From Basidiobolus meristosporus CBS 931.73 (Eukaryota > Fungi > Basidiobolomycota), in NCBI GenBank assembly GCA_002104905.1, contig MCFE01000349.1:1-64000 (forward strand): 64,000 bases of DNA. Reading direction: 5' to 3'. A program made the position numbers and the translations under genes. Positions 24,001 through 36,017 of the stretch are shown here, piece after piece (the first letter of the stretch is position 1; each line of letters opens with the position of its first letter). Under the pieces are notes generated by a model. The model was given only the letters and a program-made list of their open reading frames with translations, was not told the origin of the DNA and did no database searches.

Positions 24001-26119
24001 GGTGGTGTAGAGGTACTCCTGGGAGAAGCTACACAACTCAAGGTTTGTGAGGTGTCTGATGGGTGCAATAACCTCTGTGTCTAAACTGCTGGTGTCTTTG
24101 TCAATATGTCACTATGGTAAAAGCTCCTGCTTCTCTAGCTTCCTAGGTGCTCCAAGTGTCTCCAAAAGCCTCTGTGTGTCTTGTGCACTACCTTGAAAAG
24201 CTCCTTGACGCAGGTCTGAGATGTACTGTTGAAGGCAGGTGCAGTGATCAACTGCTAATCAATAAGGTAGAAGTGTTACTGATAGAAGGGATGATTTATT
24301 GACAAGGGATTGCTTTCCCTTAAATACTTTTCCTGATTGCCAAGTGATTACTAATGACAAGGTTCTAGAAGATTCTAGGTATCAGTGGAATTCTTGATGA
24401 CATCACTATGAGCTAAAAATATACCAAGAATGTCCTGGAAGGCTCTAAAAGGCACAGCACTCTCAACCAATCAGGAATCAGTAGTCTGAAACCTGTGCAA
24501 CATAGAAATACCATATATGGTATTGAAATGGTAGGGATGGTAACACAGACCTAGGTCATGTGTCACAGGTACTGACGCAGGTACTTGCCTTATATAGATA
24601 CATCTACTGATCACAAAGCTGAATAACATCTGGGATAACTAATGCTAATAACTAATCAGGGTAAACATCATATGGGGATAATACTGATAATATGGGCAAA
24701 AGAAGAATGGGATAATACTGATAAGATAAAATATGGATAAGTATATCATAATGACTATATGAATAAACTTATCTGTGGGAGGTATATTTATCCTACCACA
24801 CCGCCAATAACCTAGAAACATTGGAAGAGACTAAATCCAGCCTAACTAAGGAGTTCAAGATGTCCAATCTAGGAGAACTTAATTACTACTTAGGGATTAA
24901 GTTCTCCATAGACAGAAGTACCCAGACTATCACCCTAAGTCAATCCAAGTATATTCAAGATATACCAAAGTAGTACAATATGGAAGACTGTAAACTGGCA
25001 GCTACCCCAATGGAGACAAGCCTTAACTTGGTCAAAACTTGACCAAATCAAGAGAGCTTGGTGCCATCTGAAAGCCCTGACGTTCCTTATCAATCTATGG
25101 TCAGCAGTCTGATGTATATAATGCTTGGAACATGTCCAGATATCTCATATTCAGTGGGAGTTGTCAGCCAACAAAATCAGAACTATAGATCTGATCATAT
25201 TGCAGCAGTTAAGCGGATTTTCAGATACCTAAAAGGAACTGCTGATATTTGCTAAAGATACACTTATAAGGACTCAGAACAAGATCTTGTGGGATACTCT
25301 GATGCAGATTGGGGACGAAATTTAGAAGACAGAAGATCCACAACAGGATACACCTTTCTTTACTGTAAAGGAGCAATTTCATGGAATTCAAGAAAGCAAC
25401 CAACCGTAGCACTTTCCACCACAGAGGCAGAGTATATGGCAGCCTGTGAAGCTACAAAAGAAGCAATGTGGTTAAGAAAGCTGTTTACAGATTTAGGCCT
25501 ATGTCAAAAAACGCCTATTACTTTATTTCAAGATAATCAAGGATGTATACAATTAGGTAGAAATCCAACTTTTCATGCTAGAACCAAGCACATAGATATT
25601 AGGCATCATTTCATATGTGAAGCTATAGAGAATAACTTAGTTAGCTTAGTTTACTGTCCTACAGATGAAATGATTGCAGACATATTTACCAAACCATTAG
25701 CTAGAGACAAGTTTAAATTTCTTAGATCAAAATTAGGACTAGTCAGTATGAGCATTTAGCTAAGTGGGAATATTGTAAAAATTTGTATTTCCACCTAAAT
25801 ATTCACCTAACTTAGTCACTTAGATCATTACCTTCAAATCCTAGAGAATACTGACCAAATTCCTTGTTGGGATTTACTTAGAATATTTTCACCAAAATAC
25901 CTGATACCCAGAACATGAAAATTCTCAAAGTTGTCCAAACAGCCCCAAACTTTGCACACATGTTCTTGGGACCTTCCTTAACCTATTCTACGTGCTTGTT
26001 ATGCCAAGACCATGTAAAAGTATAAATACTACTTTTACAATCAATAAATCATTAAGTGAAAACCACATAATCTACTTGTTCTCCAAATCACTTCCAATAT
26101 CTCCAAGACTCTTACAACA
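21089..26119 (+). mobile_element. Copia family-B element B2, 5'-truncated, with solo LTR C2 in its RT
   Basis: Gag (CNYCKRKGH), WYIDSGASQH, WHRRFGH, HSDLCG/SDNGGEY/NGVAEQ, YVDD (about 23975), [17 protein letters not shown]. 3' LTR 25771-26119 follows AAGTGGGAA. Confidence 0.9.
23998..24800 (+). mobile_element. Solo LTR, family C variant (C2, 803 bp)
   Basis: Termini TGTGGTGG...CCTACCACA. 4-bp TSD CCGC at 23994-23997 and 24801-24804. Removal restores RT LIIAANNLETLEE. Confidence 0.92.
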
Positions 26120-26125
26120 CATTAA

Positions 26126-26475
26126 TGTTGTAAAAATTTGTATTTCCACCTAAATATTCACCTAACTTAGTCACTTAGATCATCACCTTCAATTCATAGA
26201 GAATACTGACCAAAACTCCTTGTTGGGATTTACTTAGAATATTCTCACCAAAACACCAGGTACCCAGAACATCAAAATTCTCAAAGTTGTCCAAAAAGCC
26301 CCAAACTTTGCACACATGGTCTTGGGACCTTCCTCAATCTATTCTACGTGTTTGTTGTGCCAAGACCAGGTAAAAATATAAATGCTACTTTTACATTCAA
26401 TAAATCATCAAGTGAAAAACTCACAATCTACTTGTCCTCCCAATCACTTCCAATATCTCCAAGACTCTTACAACA
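26126..26475 (+). mobile_element. Solo LTR, Copia family B (350 bp)
   Basis: TGTTGTAA...TTACAACA. TSD ATTAA at 26121-26125 and 26476-26480. Starts 6 bp after the B2 3' LTR. Confidence 0.93.
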
Positions 26476-26770
26476 ATTAATTCCAAGCTGCTGGTATTAT
26501 AACGGTCTCCTGACAGCTGATGCAGATTGCATCCACTTGTGGGACCAAGTTATTTTCATAGGGTATAGGATTTGGAATAGTAATAAACTGTGGCACTTTC
26601 ACCAGAGAGGCAGAGTATATAGCAGCCTGTAAGGCTGAAAATGAAGCAATGTGATGAAGAAAGCTTTTTAAGACTTGGGATTATCTCATAAAGCCCATAC
26701 TCTGTTATTTCAAGATAAACAAGGATGGGCACACTTGGATTAAAATTTGATTTTTAATGATAGAACTAAG

Positions 26771-29700
26771 TGATGTAAGAGCTTGGAGATATTGGAAGCA
26801 ATTGGGAGGACAAGTAGATTATCTGGTTTTCACTTGATGAATTATTGAATGCAAATGTAGTATTTATACTTTTACATGGCCTTGGCATTAGAAATGCATA
26901 GAATAGGGTAAGGAAGGTCCCAAGAACATGTGTGCAAAGTTTGGGGCTGTTTGGACAAATTTGAGAGTTTTCATGTTCTAGGTACCTGGTATTTTGGTGA
27001 AAATATTTTAAGTAAATCCCAACAAGGAATTTGGTCAGTATTCTCTAGGATTTGAAGGTAATGATCTAAGTGACTAAGTTAGGTGAATATTTAGGTGGAA
27101 ATACAAATTTTTACAATATTCCCACTTAACTAAATGCTCATACTGACTAGTCCTAATTTTGATCTAAGAAATTTAAACTTGTCTCCAGCTAATGGTTTGG
27201 TAAGTATGTCTGCAATCATTGCATCTGAAGGACAGTAAACTAAGCTGACTAAGTTATTCTCTATAGCTTTACATATGAAATGATTTCTAATATCTATGTG
27301 CTTAGTTCAAGCATAAAAAGTTGGATTTCTACCTAATTGTATACATCCTTGATTATCCTGAAATAAAGTACAGGTGTTATTTGACATAGGCCTAAATCTG
27401 TAAACAGCCTTCTTAACCACATTGCTTCTTTTGTAGCCTCACAGGCTGCCATATACTCTGCCTCTGTGGTAGAAAGTGCTATGGTTGGTTGCTCTCTTGA
27501 ATTCCATGAAATTGCTCCTTGACAGTCATGAAAAGTTGAACCTGTGGTGGATCTTCTGTCTTCCAAATTTCATCCCCAATCAGAATCAGAGTATCCCAAA
27601 AGATCCTGTTCTGAATCCTTATCAGTGTATCTTAAGCAGATATCAGCAGTTCCTTTTAGGTATCTAAAAATTGCTTAACTGCTGCCGTATGATCAAATCT
27701 ATAGCTCTGATTTTGTTGGCTGACAACTCCCACTGAATATGAGATATCTGGACGTGTTCCAAGCCTGATACACATTAGACTGCCAAACATATATTTATAA
27801 GGAAAGTCAGGGCTTTCAGATGGCACCAAGCTCTCTTGATTTGGTTGAGTTTTGACCAAGTTAAGATTTGTCTCCATTGAGGTAGATGCTGGTTCATAGT
27901 CTTCCAATTTGTACTTCTTTAGTATATCTTGAATATACTTGGATTGGCTTAGGGTAATAGTCTGGGTACTTCTGTCTATAGAGAACTTAATCCATAAGTA
28001 GTAACTGAGTTCTCCTATATTGGACATCTGAACTTCTTACATAGGCTGGATTTAGTCTCTTCCAATGTTTCTACGTTATTGGTGGCTATAGTAAGATCAT
28101 CCACATATAGAGCTAATAGAACTGGACTTGCTCTATCTGGCTTATAGTATATACTATAGTCAGCATTACTCCTTTTGAGACTCAAAGATTCCAAATAAGA
28201 ATCTATCTTGCAATCCCAGGCTCTTGGTGATTGTTTAAGACCATATAGTGACTTTTTAAACTTGCAGACCAAATGGGGGCTATCTTGGTCAGCAAACCCA
28301 TCAGGCTGGTCCATATATATGTCCTCACCAAGTTCTTCATTCAAGAATGCAGCTTTTACATCCAGTTGATGATTAAAGAACTTATATTTGGCTGCAATAG
28401 TCAATATTAATCTGACAGATTAAACTTGGCTACTGGTGCAAAGGTCTCAGTATAGTCAAGTCCTTTTGTTTGAGGGTATTCTTTGGCCACAAGTATTGCT
28501 TGGTATCTTTCAATTGTACCATCAGCCTTGTATTTTATCTTGAAGACCCATCTGCATCCAATTGGTTTTTTGTTGATTGGTAATTTCACTAAGTCCCAAG
28601 TTCAATTTTCCATCAGGGCCTGATATTCATCAGTCATTGCAGATCTCCAAAACTTTGTCTGAGGGCTATTTAAGGCCTCTTTTACAGTCCGTGGTTCATT
28701 GATATGGACTGAATAGGCATAGGCTAAGTTTTTACCCTCATTGATATAGTAATTGGGGCTATTTCTTGTCTGGTTGGATCTCTAGGCATTTGATACTGGA
28801 ATGATCACTCCTGGGATATTCCTGGGCACTGATTTGGGCTGAACCATGGTTTTAGAGTCTTCTGGAGTGAAAAAGTTCTCATTGTTTTGCTCTGATTCAA
28901 TTCTGACAATTGGTGGACTTGAGATCAGATTCTCATCATCATCTGTTGTCATTTTTTGTGAAAATCTGGAATCTTCATCAAAGAACACAGCCCTGGACTT
29001 GATTAGCTTCTTTGCTTTGGTATTACAGATTCTGTATGCTTTACTCTCATTGCAGTAACCAAAAAATATGCATTTTACACTCTTTGGCTCAAGTTTTGGC
29101 TGATTTCCAGGCAGTTTCTTGGCATATGCTGTATACCCAAGTATTCTTAGATGTTCTGCACTTGGTCTGTACCCATACCATGCTTCAAATGGAGTGGAAT
29201 CATGAAGTATTCTGTTATAACTCCTATTTTTGAGGTATACAGCAGTGGCAACTGATTCTACCCAAAAATCATAAGATAATTTTCAATCATGGATCATAGA
29301 TCTTATCATATCAGTTATTGATCTGTTAGCATGTTCTGCTACTTCATTTTGCTGTGAGGAGTATGGTACAATAGTCTCTTGCTTTATCCCATGAATTTTG
29401 CAGAAGTGGATGAAGAGTGTTGAGTTTTATTCTCCACCATTGTCAGAGCGTATTTGCTTGATTTTCTCACCAGTTTCTCTCTCCACCATGGCTCTGAACT
29501 CCCTGAACTTAGACAGAGCTTCTTCCTTTCTCTCCATGAATTAACCTACGTGTTTCTTGTATAATCATCAATAAAAGTGACTAAACACTTTATCCTGCCT
29601 AAGGATAAATTTTGCATAGGTCCACACAGATCTGAGTGAATTAGATCTAATTTTTTTGTAGTTTTGATTAACCCAGAGCTCTTGAACAACTGTCTGGCTT

Positions 29701-31448
29701 ATTTCCCATTTATGCAGGCTTCACAGTGCTCCAAATTATCTGGAGGTCAGCTTTTACTCCAGAAATTAGAGGATATTTGATCATTTTCTGCAAAAAATCA
29801 AAATTGATGTGTCCAAATCTTCAGTGCCAAAGCATTGGTGTTTTGTCATTCAAGTTACTCATATTGGCTTCCAAATATGATAGAATATAAGTCAGCTTGT
29901 ATAGATACTGATCTCTGATACCAGAAGCAATATGGGCGCCATTTTGATCAGTGATCCTGCATCCAGAATTGTCAAAGTTGAAATTGAGTCCTTCTCCAGT
30001 GGCCTTGCTTACAGATAGTAGATTCTTGGCTATTTCTGGTACATAGAGTACTTCTTTAAAAGTCAGTGTATGGCTTCCTTCAATGCTTCCAAGGTTTACT
30101 TGGATAGCCCCTTCTCCCACTGCATCAAGTGTTCTGTTGTCACCAATGAAAACCTTCTTAATTGGAATTTCTTGATATTGGGTAAAATGTACTTTTTAGT
30201 GTGTAAAGTGTTGAGATGCTCCAGAGTCAGTATACCACATCTGAGAATCCTTGCTTGTGGTTATATTTAGTGCTGATATGAATAGTCCATCTTCAGTTGT
30301 TGCAGCATTTCCATATTCAGGCTTCTTTTGCTGATTATCTTTCTTTTTGAGACACCGGTCTGATGTGTGTCCTTTCCTTTTGCAGTAGTTGCAAAACAGG
30401 TTGCTGTTGCCTTTGTAGGGTCTTGGGTACCTCCTTTGTTGGTTATCATTGCTTATTAAAGCATTTTCTTCTTCCTTCTTATTGGCACTTGATTTTCTTA
30501 ATTCTTCATCCAGGAGCCTTCCATATATGTAAATTAAGGTCAAATCTGCAGTTCTGGACTCTAGGGCAGATACAAGGCCCTGAAACTTGTCTGTCAGGCT
30601 ATTTAGGATGGTAACTATCACATCCTCATCAGTAGTTGGTACACCCTCAGATTCCATTTCATCCACCAGCAGGTTAGTTCTGTTAATTAGATTTTTCATT
30701 TCTTCTCCTGGCTGCTTCTTTGTAGTAAAGAATTTTTGTCACAGATACATTTTCTTAGTAGCTGAACATGACAGGTAGGTGTCTTCTAATGCCTTCCAGG
30801 CATTCTTTGCTGTTTTTGCTCTTGAGCATTGAATTGGCAGTTTGTGTTTAACATCAAGGCAAATGCAGTTAAAGACACTTTGTTCTTTTTTCTGGTACTT
30901 TGAGGCTTCCTCTCCCACAGTTTTAGGAGGGCATTTTTTTCCCATGACAATATCCCAAAGGCCTCTTTCTTGTAGCACCATCTTCATCTTTACCTTTCAC
31001 ACTTGGTAGTTAGATCCATCCAACTTTTCAGCAGAGAGAAAAATTTCAGTAATAGGAGTAGTAGACATTGTAGAGAGTGACAGCATGGGGCTCATAACCT
31101 GTTGTAAGAGTCTTGGGGATATTGGAAGTCATTGGGAGGACAAGTAGATTATGTGGCTTTTACTTAATGATTTATTGAATGTAAAAGTAGCATTTATACT
31201 TTTACATGGCCTTGGCATTGCAAAAGCATAGAGTAGATTAAGAAAGGTCCAAAGAACATGTGTGCAAAGTTTGGGGCTGTTTGGACAACTTTGAGAATTT
31301 TCATGTTCTGGGTACCTGGTATTTTGGTCAAAATATTCTAAATAAATCCCAACAAGGAATTTGGTCAGTATTCTCTAGGATTTGAAGGTAATGATCTAAG
31401 TGACTAAGCTATATGAATATTTAGGTAAAAAAACAAATTTTTACAACA
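26771..31448 (-). mobile_element. Full-length but degenerate Copia family-B element B3
   Basis: LTRs 26771-27118 and 31100-31448 (about 34 differences by eye, roughly 90% identity). TSD CTAAG at 26766-26770 and 31449-31453. Broken gag-PR-INT-RT-RH frames on the minus strand. Confidence 0.93.
31088..31099 (-). promoter_or_regulatory. Primer-binding site GGTTATGAGCCC (complement of the tRNA-iMet anticodon stem-loop)
   Basis: Directly abuts the 5' LTR end of B3. Same sequence type as the Ty5 and Drosophila copia half-tRNA PBS. Confidence 0.85.
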
Positions 31449-31911
31449 CTAAGCACATATACATTGAACATCATTTCATATGGGAAGCTGTAGAGAATAA
31501 CCTGGTTAGCTTGGCTCACAGTCCTATAGATGAAATGATTGCAGCCTTATTTAGCAAACCATTAGCTAGAGACAAGCTTGAGTATCTCAGAACACAGTTA
31601 GGAGTAGTCAAAATGAGTATTTAGTCAGGTGGGGGTGTTGTAAATTTTGTTATTCCACCTAGATATTCACCTAACTTGGTCACTTAGATCCTAGTCTACA
31701 AATATTAGGGAATTCTGGCCAAATTACTTATCAGGGTCTACTTAGAATGATCCCATCAAAATATCATGTACCCAGAGCATGAGAAACTGATTAGTTGCCC
31801 AAACAAGCCTACATTGTGCACACCTGCTTTGGAGACCTTTATAAATTTATTGAGCATATTTGCTTTGACCAGATCATGTAAAAGTGTAAGTACTACTTTT
31901 ACACTCTATAT

Positions 31912-32257
31912 TGCTGTAAATTCTGTAATCACACCTAAGTACTCACCTAACTTAGTTGCTTAGAGCAGTACCTACAAATCTTAGAGATTCCTGACCAAAC
32001 TCCCTACAGGGATTTACTTGTAATATTTTCACCAAATATCAGATACCCAGAATATGAAATTTCTCAAAGTTGTCCAAATAGCCCCAAACTTTGCACACAT
32101 GTTTTTGGGATCTTTCAAACATATCCTACATGTTTATTTTGCCAAGACCATTTGAAATTATAAATACTACTTTTGCATTCAATATATCATTAAGTGAAAA
32201 CCAAATAGTTGACATGTTCTCCCAATTGCTTCCAGTATCTCTAAAACCCTCAAAACA
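31912..32257 (+). mobile_element. Family-B solo LTR inserted inside the B4 3' LTR
   Basis: 346 bp, TGCTGTAAA...CAAAACA. CTATAT occurs on both sides (31906-31911, 32259-32264; one base out of phase). The flanks rejoin to one full LTR. Confidence 0.75.
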
Positions 32258-33522
32258 ACTATATCATCAAGTGAAAACCACATAATCTATTTGTTCTCCC
32301 AGTCACTTCCAATATCTCCAAAACTCTCACAACAAATGCTGGCCATGCTCTTTGAAACACTTTCCATGCTGTATGCTTGGACCAGGAATCTCCCACAGTA
32401 CACTCTTTGTATTTCTCTTTATACAGTACATGCCAAAGTGTAAATTCCGCCAATGCATTTGACAAATCACAAGATGAGCAACCACGCAGTCCACTGGTAC
32501 TTTCAATCACTTTTAATCTCACCAAAAACTGGGACAACACTTAAGGTACAGTCTTACATGAGTGTTGAACTCCAATGCATTTTGATGGGTGGGGTGTGAA
32601 TATAGCCTGACAGTGTTCGACTATCTCCTGGATGGTATTTTCCCACTTGAATCATGGGGATCTCAACTGATCTTTGACAGGGTCACCTGCAGAGTCCAGA
32701 GAGGGAATAATCTACCCCTCCACCCAATAGATACGATGTACAGTGTAAGCGCATTGCTACTCAGAGAAGCTGTATATTGGGAGCGGTAACCTGCCGATGG
32801 GAAATAAAGCCTCAATGGAGTCAGAAAAGTGAATAGTAGCTCTATTAACATATTGGATACTACAGCACCGAGTGTTGGCAGAGGGATGGGGGGAGGTAGG
32901 AATAGCGGGCGAAAAAGAAGGCGATCCAGGTAGGAGGGATTTCATTGGGTATGCAGTAGGATCGTTCAGAGATGGAAGCAATGGCTGGGTCCATTCCCAC
33001 ATCTCGGACGAAGCAATGAATGATCGCCGTCTCTTTATCCGGACGATATGGGTTGGGAACAATCGATCCTTACCAAATGGATGTTCACTAGTCTTCAAGG
33101 GATGCATGTCGTCTTGAACATATCCAGGGCCATGGGATCCCAATATGGTGGATGCGACGCTTGTCTGGGATGTAAATCACACCACCACACATCTCGGTCC
33201 AATCAATCTTGCGACATCAAATGGCAGATTCCGATTACCCATTTGATGGGTCGTGAACGGTGTCGGGATACCACAATAGTTGGCAAGCGGCTTCATTGCG
33301 AAGGGGCCTAGGTTGCGGAGGGGCGGTTCAATCAATGCCTACTCACTGAAGGGTGGGAACACAGATTCATGTAGCGTTAACTGGGGCAGACTCAACGGAC
33401 AACGCATGGGTGATTTGTTTGTTGCCACTGTGGAAGAATCCAAGGAACATGGGAATCGGAATTGGAATCATCACATGCTGGAGCGGACGGGTGCCAATCT
33501 CGATTGGTGTGTAACTCTTATG

Positions 33523-35277
33523 TCAGAGAGAATCAACCTTGGGCTTGAGTAGCCTGTGTAGGTCAGGGAGGGATTCACGGAGGTAATTGGCCACTTTCTG
33601 GACCCCATCCTGATCCCCATCTCGTTTCAAAAAACTCAACAATGTGGAAACCAACTTGAGATCAGGTCGAATACCGGCCACTTCCATCTCCAAAAGCTGC
33701 TCCACCGCCCTCGATGACTCACCGTTCCTCGCCAGCGCCTCGATGTAGGAGGTGTAATTGTTGCAATTCAAAGGGAACCGTTGTTGCTTGAGCCGATTCC
33801 ATATCACTTGTGCGCGATACAAAGCGTCATGCCTGCCGCAAGAATCAAGCAGGATGGAGATGGTTGCATTGTTCGGGGTCAAGCGGCCAGCCTGAATCGA
33901 GTCGTATAGCTGTAGCACTTTGCTGATATCCCCAATCCAATTGTATGCATTCATCAGTGTGTTGTACAGCGCTATATCAGGCTCGATATTGGGGTTCATC
34001 CGGATGGCCTCATACATCCTATTGACACCCGGGCCATTTCGCGACTGCCCGTAGCCAGCAATCATCACTGAATACGTGTATTCGTTGACGTTTACTCCTC
34101 GTCTGTTCATTTCATCGAACAGCCAACCAGCAGTCTGCATATCTCGGTTCTTGGTGCAAGCGGCCAACATACGCGTATACGTCTCGGTGGCGATCTTATA
34201 CGAAGGGTTGTATGAATACATGTGGGAATACACTCCAATGGCCGACTCGACATCCGCTAGTCTCAGAAACCCGTCAATTAACGCTTGGTAGATCCGCGGC
34301 GTCGACTGGAGACCACATTTTCTCATGACATGGAAGTAATGCGACGCCTCGGCCATCTGGTTTAATCTACAGTGTTCTAATATCATTGTACTGAGAGTTG
34401 GCAATGTGGGTCGCCGGTGACGCACGAGGCTTTCAAACGTGGAATGCGCCAGGTCGGTATGTCCGAGCTGAAAGCTTGATTGGATGATGCGATGATACAA
34501 GTGCTCCTCTGCAGAGAAGCCGTTGGCCTCCATTTCTTTATACCACGATATGGCTCGGTCGAAATCCTCGGCGAGATACTTGGAAACCAGCACCTGGTAT
34601 GTTATGGCGTTGTATTTTATACCCAACCTCTCAAATTCCTGCATGATATTGACCATGTGCGTTAGTTCGGACTTGCGTAAAAGTAGATTAAGGGAATCTA
34701 CATCAGGGGAGACGCCACGTTGGGACATCTCTTGATGTATCTGCAGTGCTATTGCGCCATCCCCGCTGGACTTTAATGCTGACAGTGTTGCATTATAGCC
34801 ACCAACGGTAATAGGTAGATTGAGGCTTTGAACGAATCGGTAGATTTCTAGTGTCGTGTCTCGATGCTGCAAGGTACTGCACTTTCCCAACAGTGTCAAC
34901 AGGTCCGAGTGTAAAGACTCGGAAGCAATAAACTCGGGGTTCTTCTTGATCTTACGAAAGGCTTGAATAGCAATTTCAAGCTGGCCCTTGTTCAAAGCAC
35001 TTTTTAGGGTGCGTTCAACCAACGCTCCCTCTATGCTAGGTCTGGAATGAAGGGCCCTTCCGAGGATTTTGTGGCATGGGTAGTCCATGGGGCTGTACCC
35101 GAGGTCCCTTTGTACAGAGATCCATCCACTGCGAATCAAAACCTTAGATAGGTTTATTCGTGGGTAAGGAAGTTGGTTAGTGAATAGGGTGGGTAGAAGT
35201 CTACGGGCGGTTGAGAATGGGAACGTCTTCAGAGTTCCACCTTTAATAACGAGATCATGGTTAGCACACCCAGACAC
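33523..35277 (-). CDS. Pentatricopeptide-repeat (PPR) protein, probably mitochondrial RNA-binding; true start uncertain
   Basis: About 10 tandem 35-aa helical repeats, e.g. YNATLSALKSSGDGAIALQIHQEMSQRGVSPD, TYTRMLAACTKNRDMQTAGWLFDEMNRRGVNVN, LYNTLMNAYNWIGD. The ORF opens at GTG after an in-frame TAG, so an upstream exon or a later ATG is likely. Confidence 0.9.
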   Translation of the reverse strand: MSGCANHDLVIKGGTLKTFPFSTARRLLPTLFTNQLPYPRINLSKVLIRSGWISVQRDLGYSPMDYPCHKILGRALHSRPSIEGALVERTLKSALNKGQLEIAIQAFRKIKKNPEFIASESLHSDLLTLLGKCSTLQHRDTTLEIYRFVQSLNLPITVGGYNATLSALKSSGDGAIALQIHQEMSQRGVSPDVDSLNLLLRKSELTHMVNIMQEFERLGIKYNAITYQVLVSKYLAEDFDRAISWYKEMEANGFSAEEHLYHRIIQSSFQLGHTDLAHSTFESLVRHRRPTLPTLSTMILEHCRLNQMAEASHYFHVMRKCGLQSTPRIYQALIDGFLRLADVESAIGVYSHMYSYNPSYKIATETYTRMLAACTKNRDMQTAGWLFDEMNRRGVNVNEYTYSVMIAGYGQSRNGPGVNRMYEAIRMNPNIEPDIALYNTLMNAYNWIGDISKVLQLYDSIQAGRLTPNNATISILLDSCGRHDALYRAQVIWNRLKQQRFPLNCNNYTSYIEALARNGESSRAVEQLLEMEVAGIRPDLKLVSTLLSFLKRDGDQDGVQKVANYLRESLPDLHRLLKPKVDSL

Positions 35278-36017
35278 AGAGGAGAACGGTTGCGAAGTGA
35301 AATACTCTGTCTAGCTTGAATAGGGAGCATCGGCTATGACGCCTACTTCGCCTCACGACCAACAGAAACAACGAGCCACTGGTAGATCTGGAGAAGCAAA
35401 AGATTTTATTGACCCCGCATGCGATTGGGCCAACGGTGTTCCTTGGAAAACACATAACACAAGGCGGCCAATGTTTCACCGGCCATCATTGGTTATTAAC
35501 TAGCAGTTAATAATTTCTTGGCAGAAATTATGATTTTAACCATATTTTAGCGCCAACCCAATGAACTCCGGGAACACCCATGATTTGCCTTCCCAGAAGA
35601 TCAAATGGGATCGATGGGTTGACATTCAGTGGTATTGAACAATGCAGCATAAGCAGCATTGTTATCATTAGGAGCGAGCAATCGATTGGCCGAGGAGGCC
35701 ACTCCAAAGCCATCCCGTTAATAAATGAATAGGGGGCTACTCTAATCCGGTAGTGAAGCCAAAACATTCTCCGCGCTAATGTGAACGCATCTCAGCTCAG
35801 GCTAGATAAGCATCGCAGGTGGATCACCCCTTTGGGTAGCCGTTTTCATGGGTTTCACACGGTCACATTCCACCCTCTCCATCCCTATAAAATAGACGGG
35901 CCTCGATAATTTCGAAACCCTGACATCACTTGATTTCTTTGATTCTCTGCTATCTGCCCATCCCACCCTCGATTTCCTTGTTTTCTTTGACTGTAAATAT
36001 TTGAATTGTTCCAGCGC

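Larger units (their letters stand above)
26585..32334 (+). mobile_element. Old Copia family-B remnant B4 (RNase H end plus 3' LTR), split by B3 and by an LTR-in-LTR insertion
   Basis: RNase H remnant 26585-26770 continues at 31449 (RTK|HI.I.HHFI.EAVENN). PPT AGGTGGGGG, then LTR halves at 31636-31911 and about 32265-32334, totalling about 346 bp. Confidence 0.8.

Noticed and set aside
32600-33500. Several 60-130 aa ORFs between the TE island and the PPR gene
   Set aside because: No recognisable motif and no consistent splice chain on either strand. A small gene cannot be excluded without RNA-seq.
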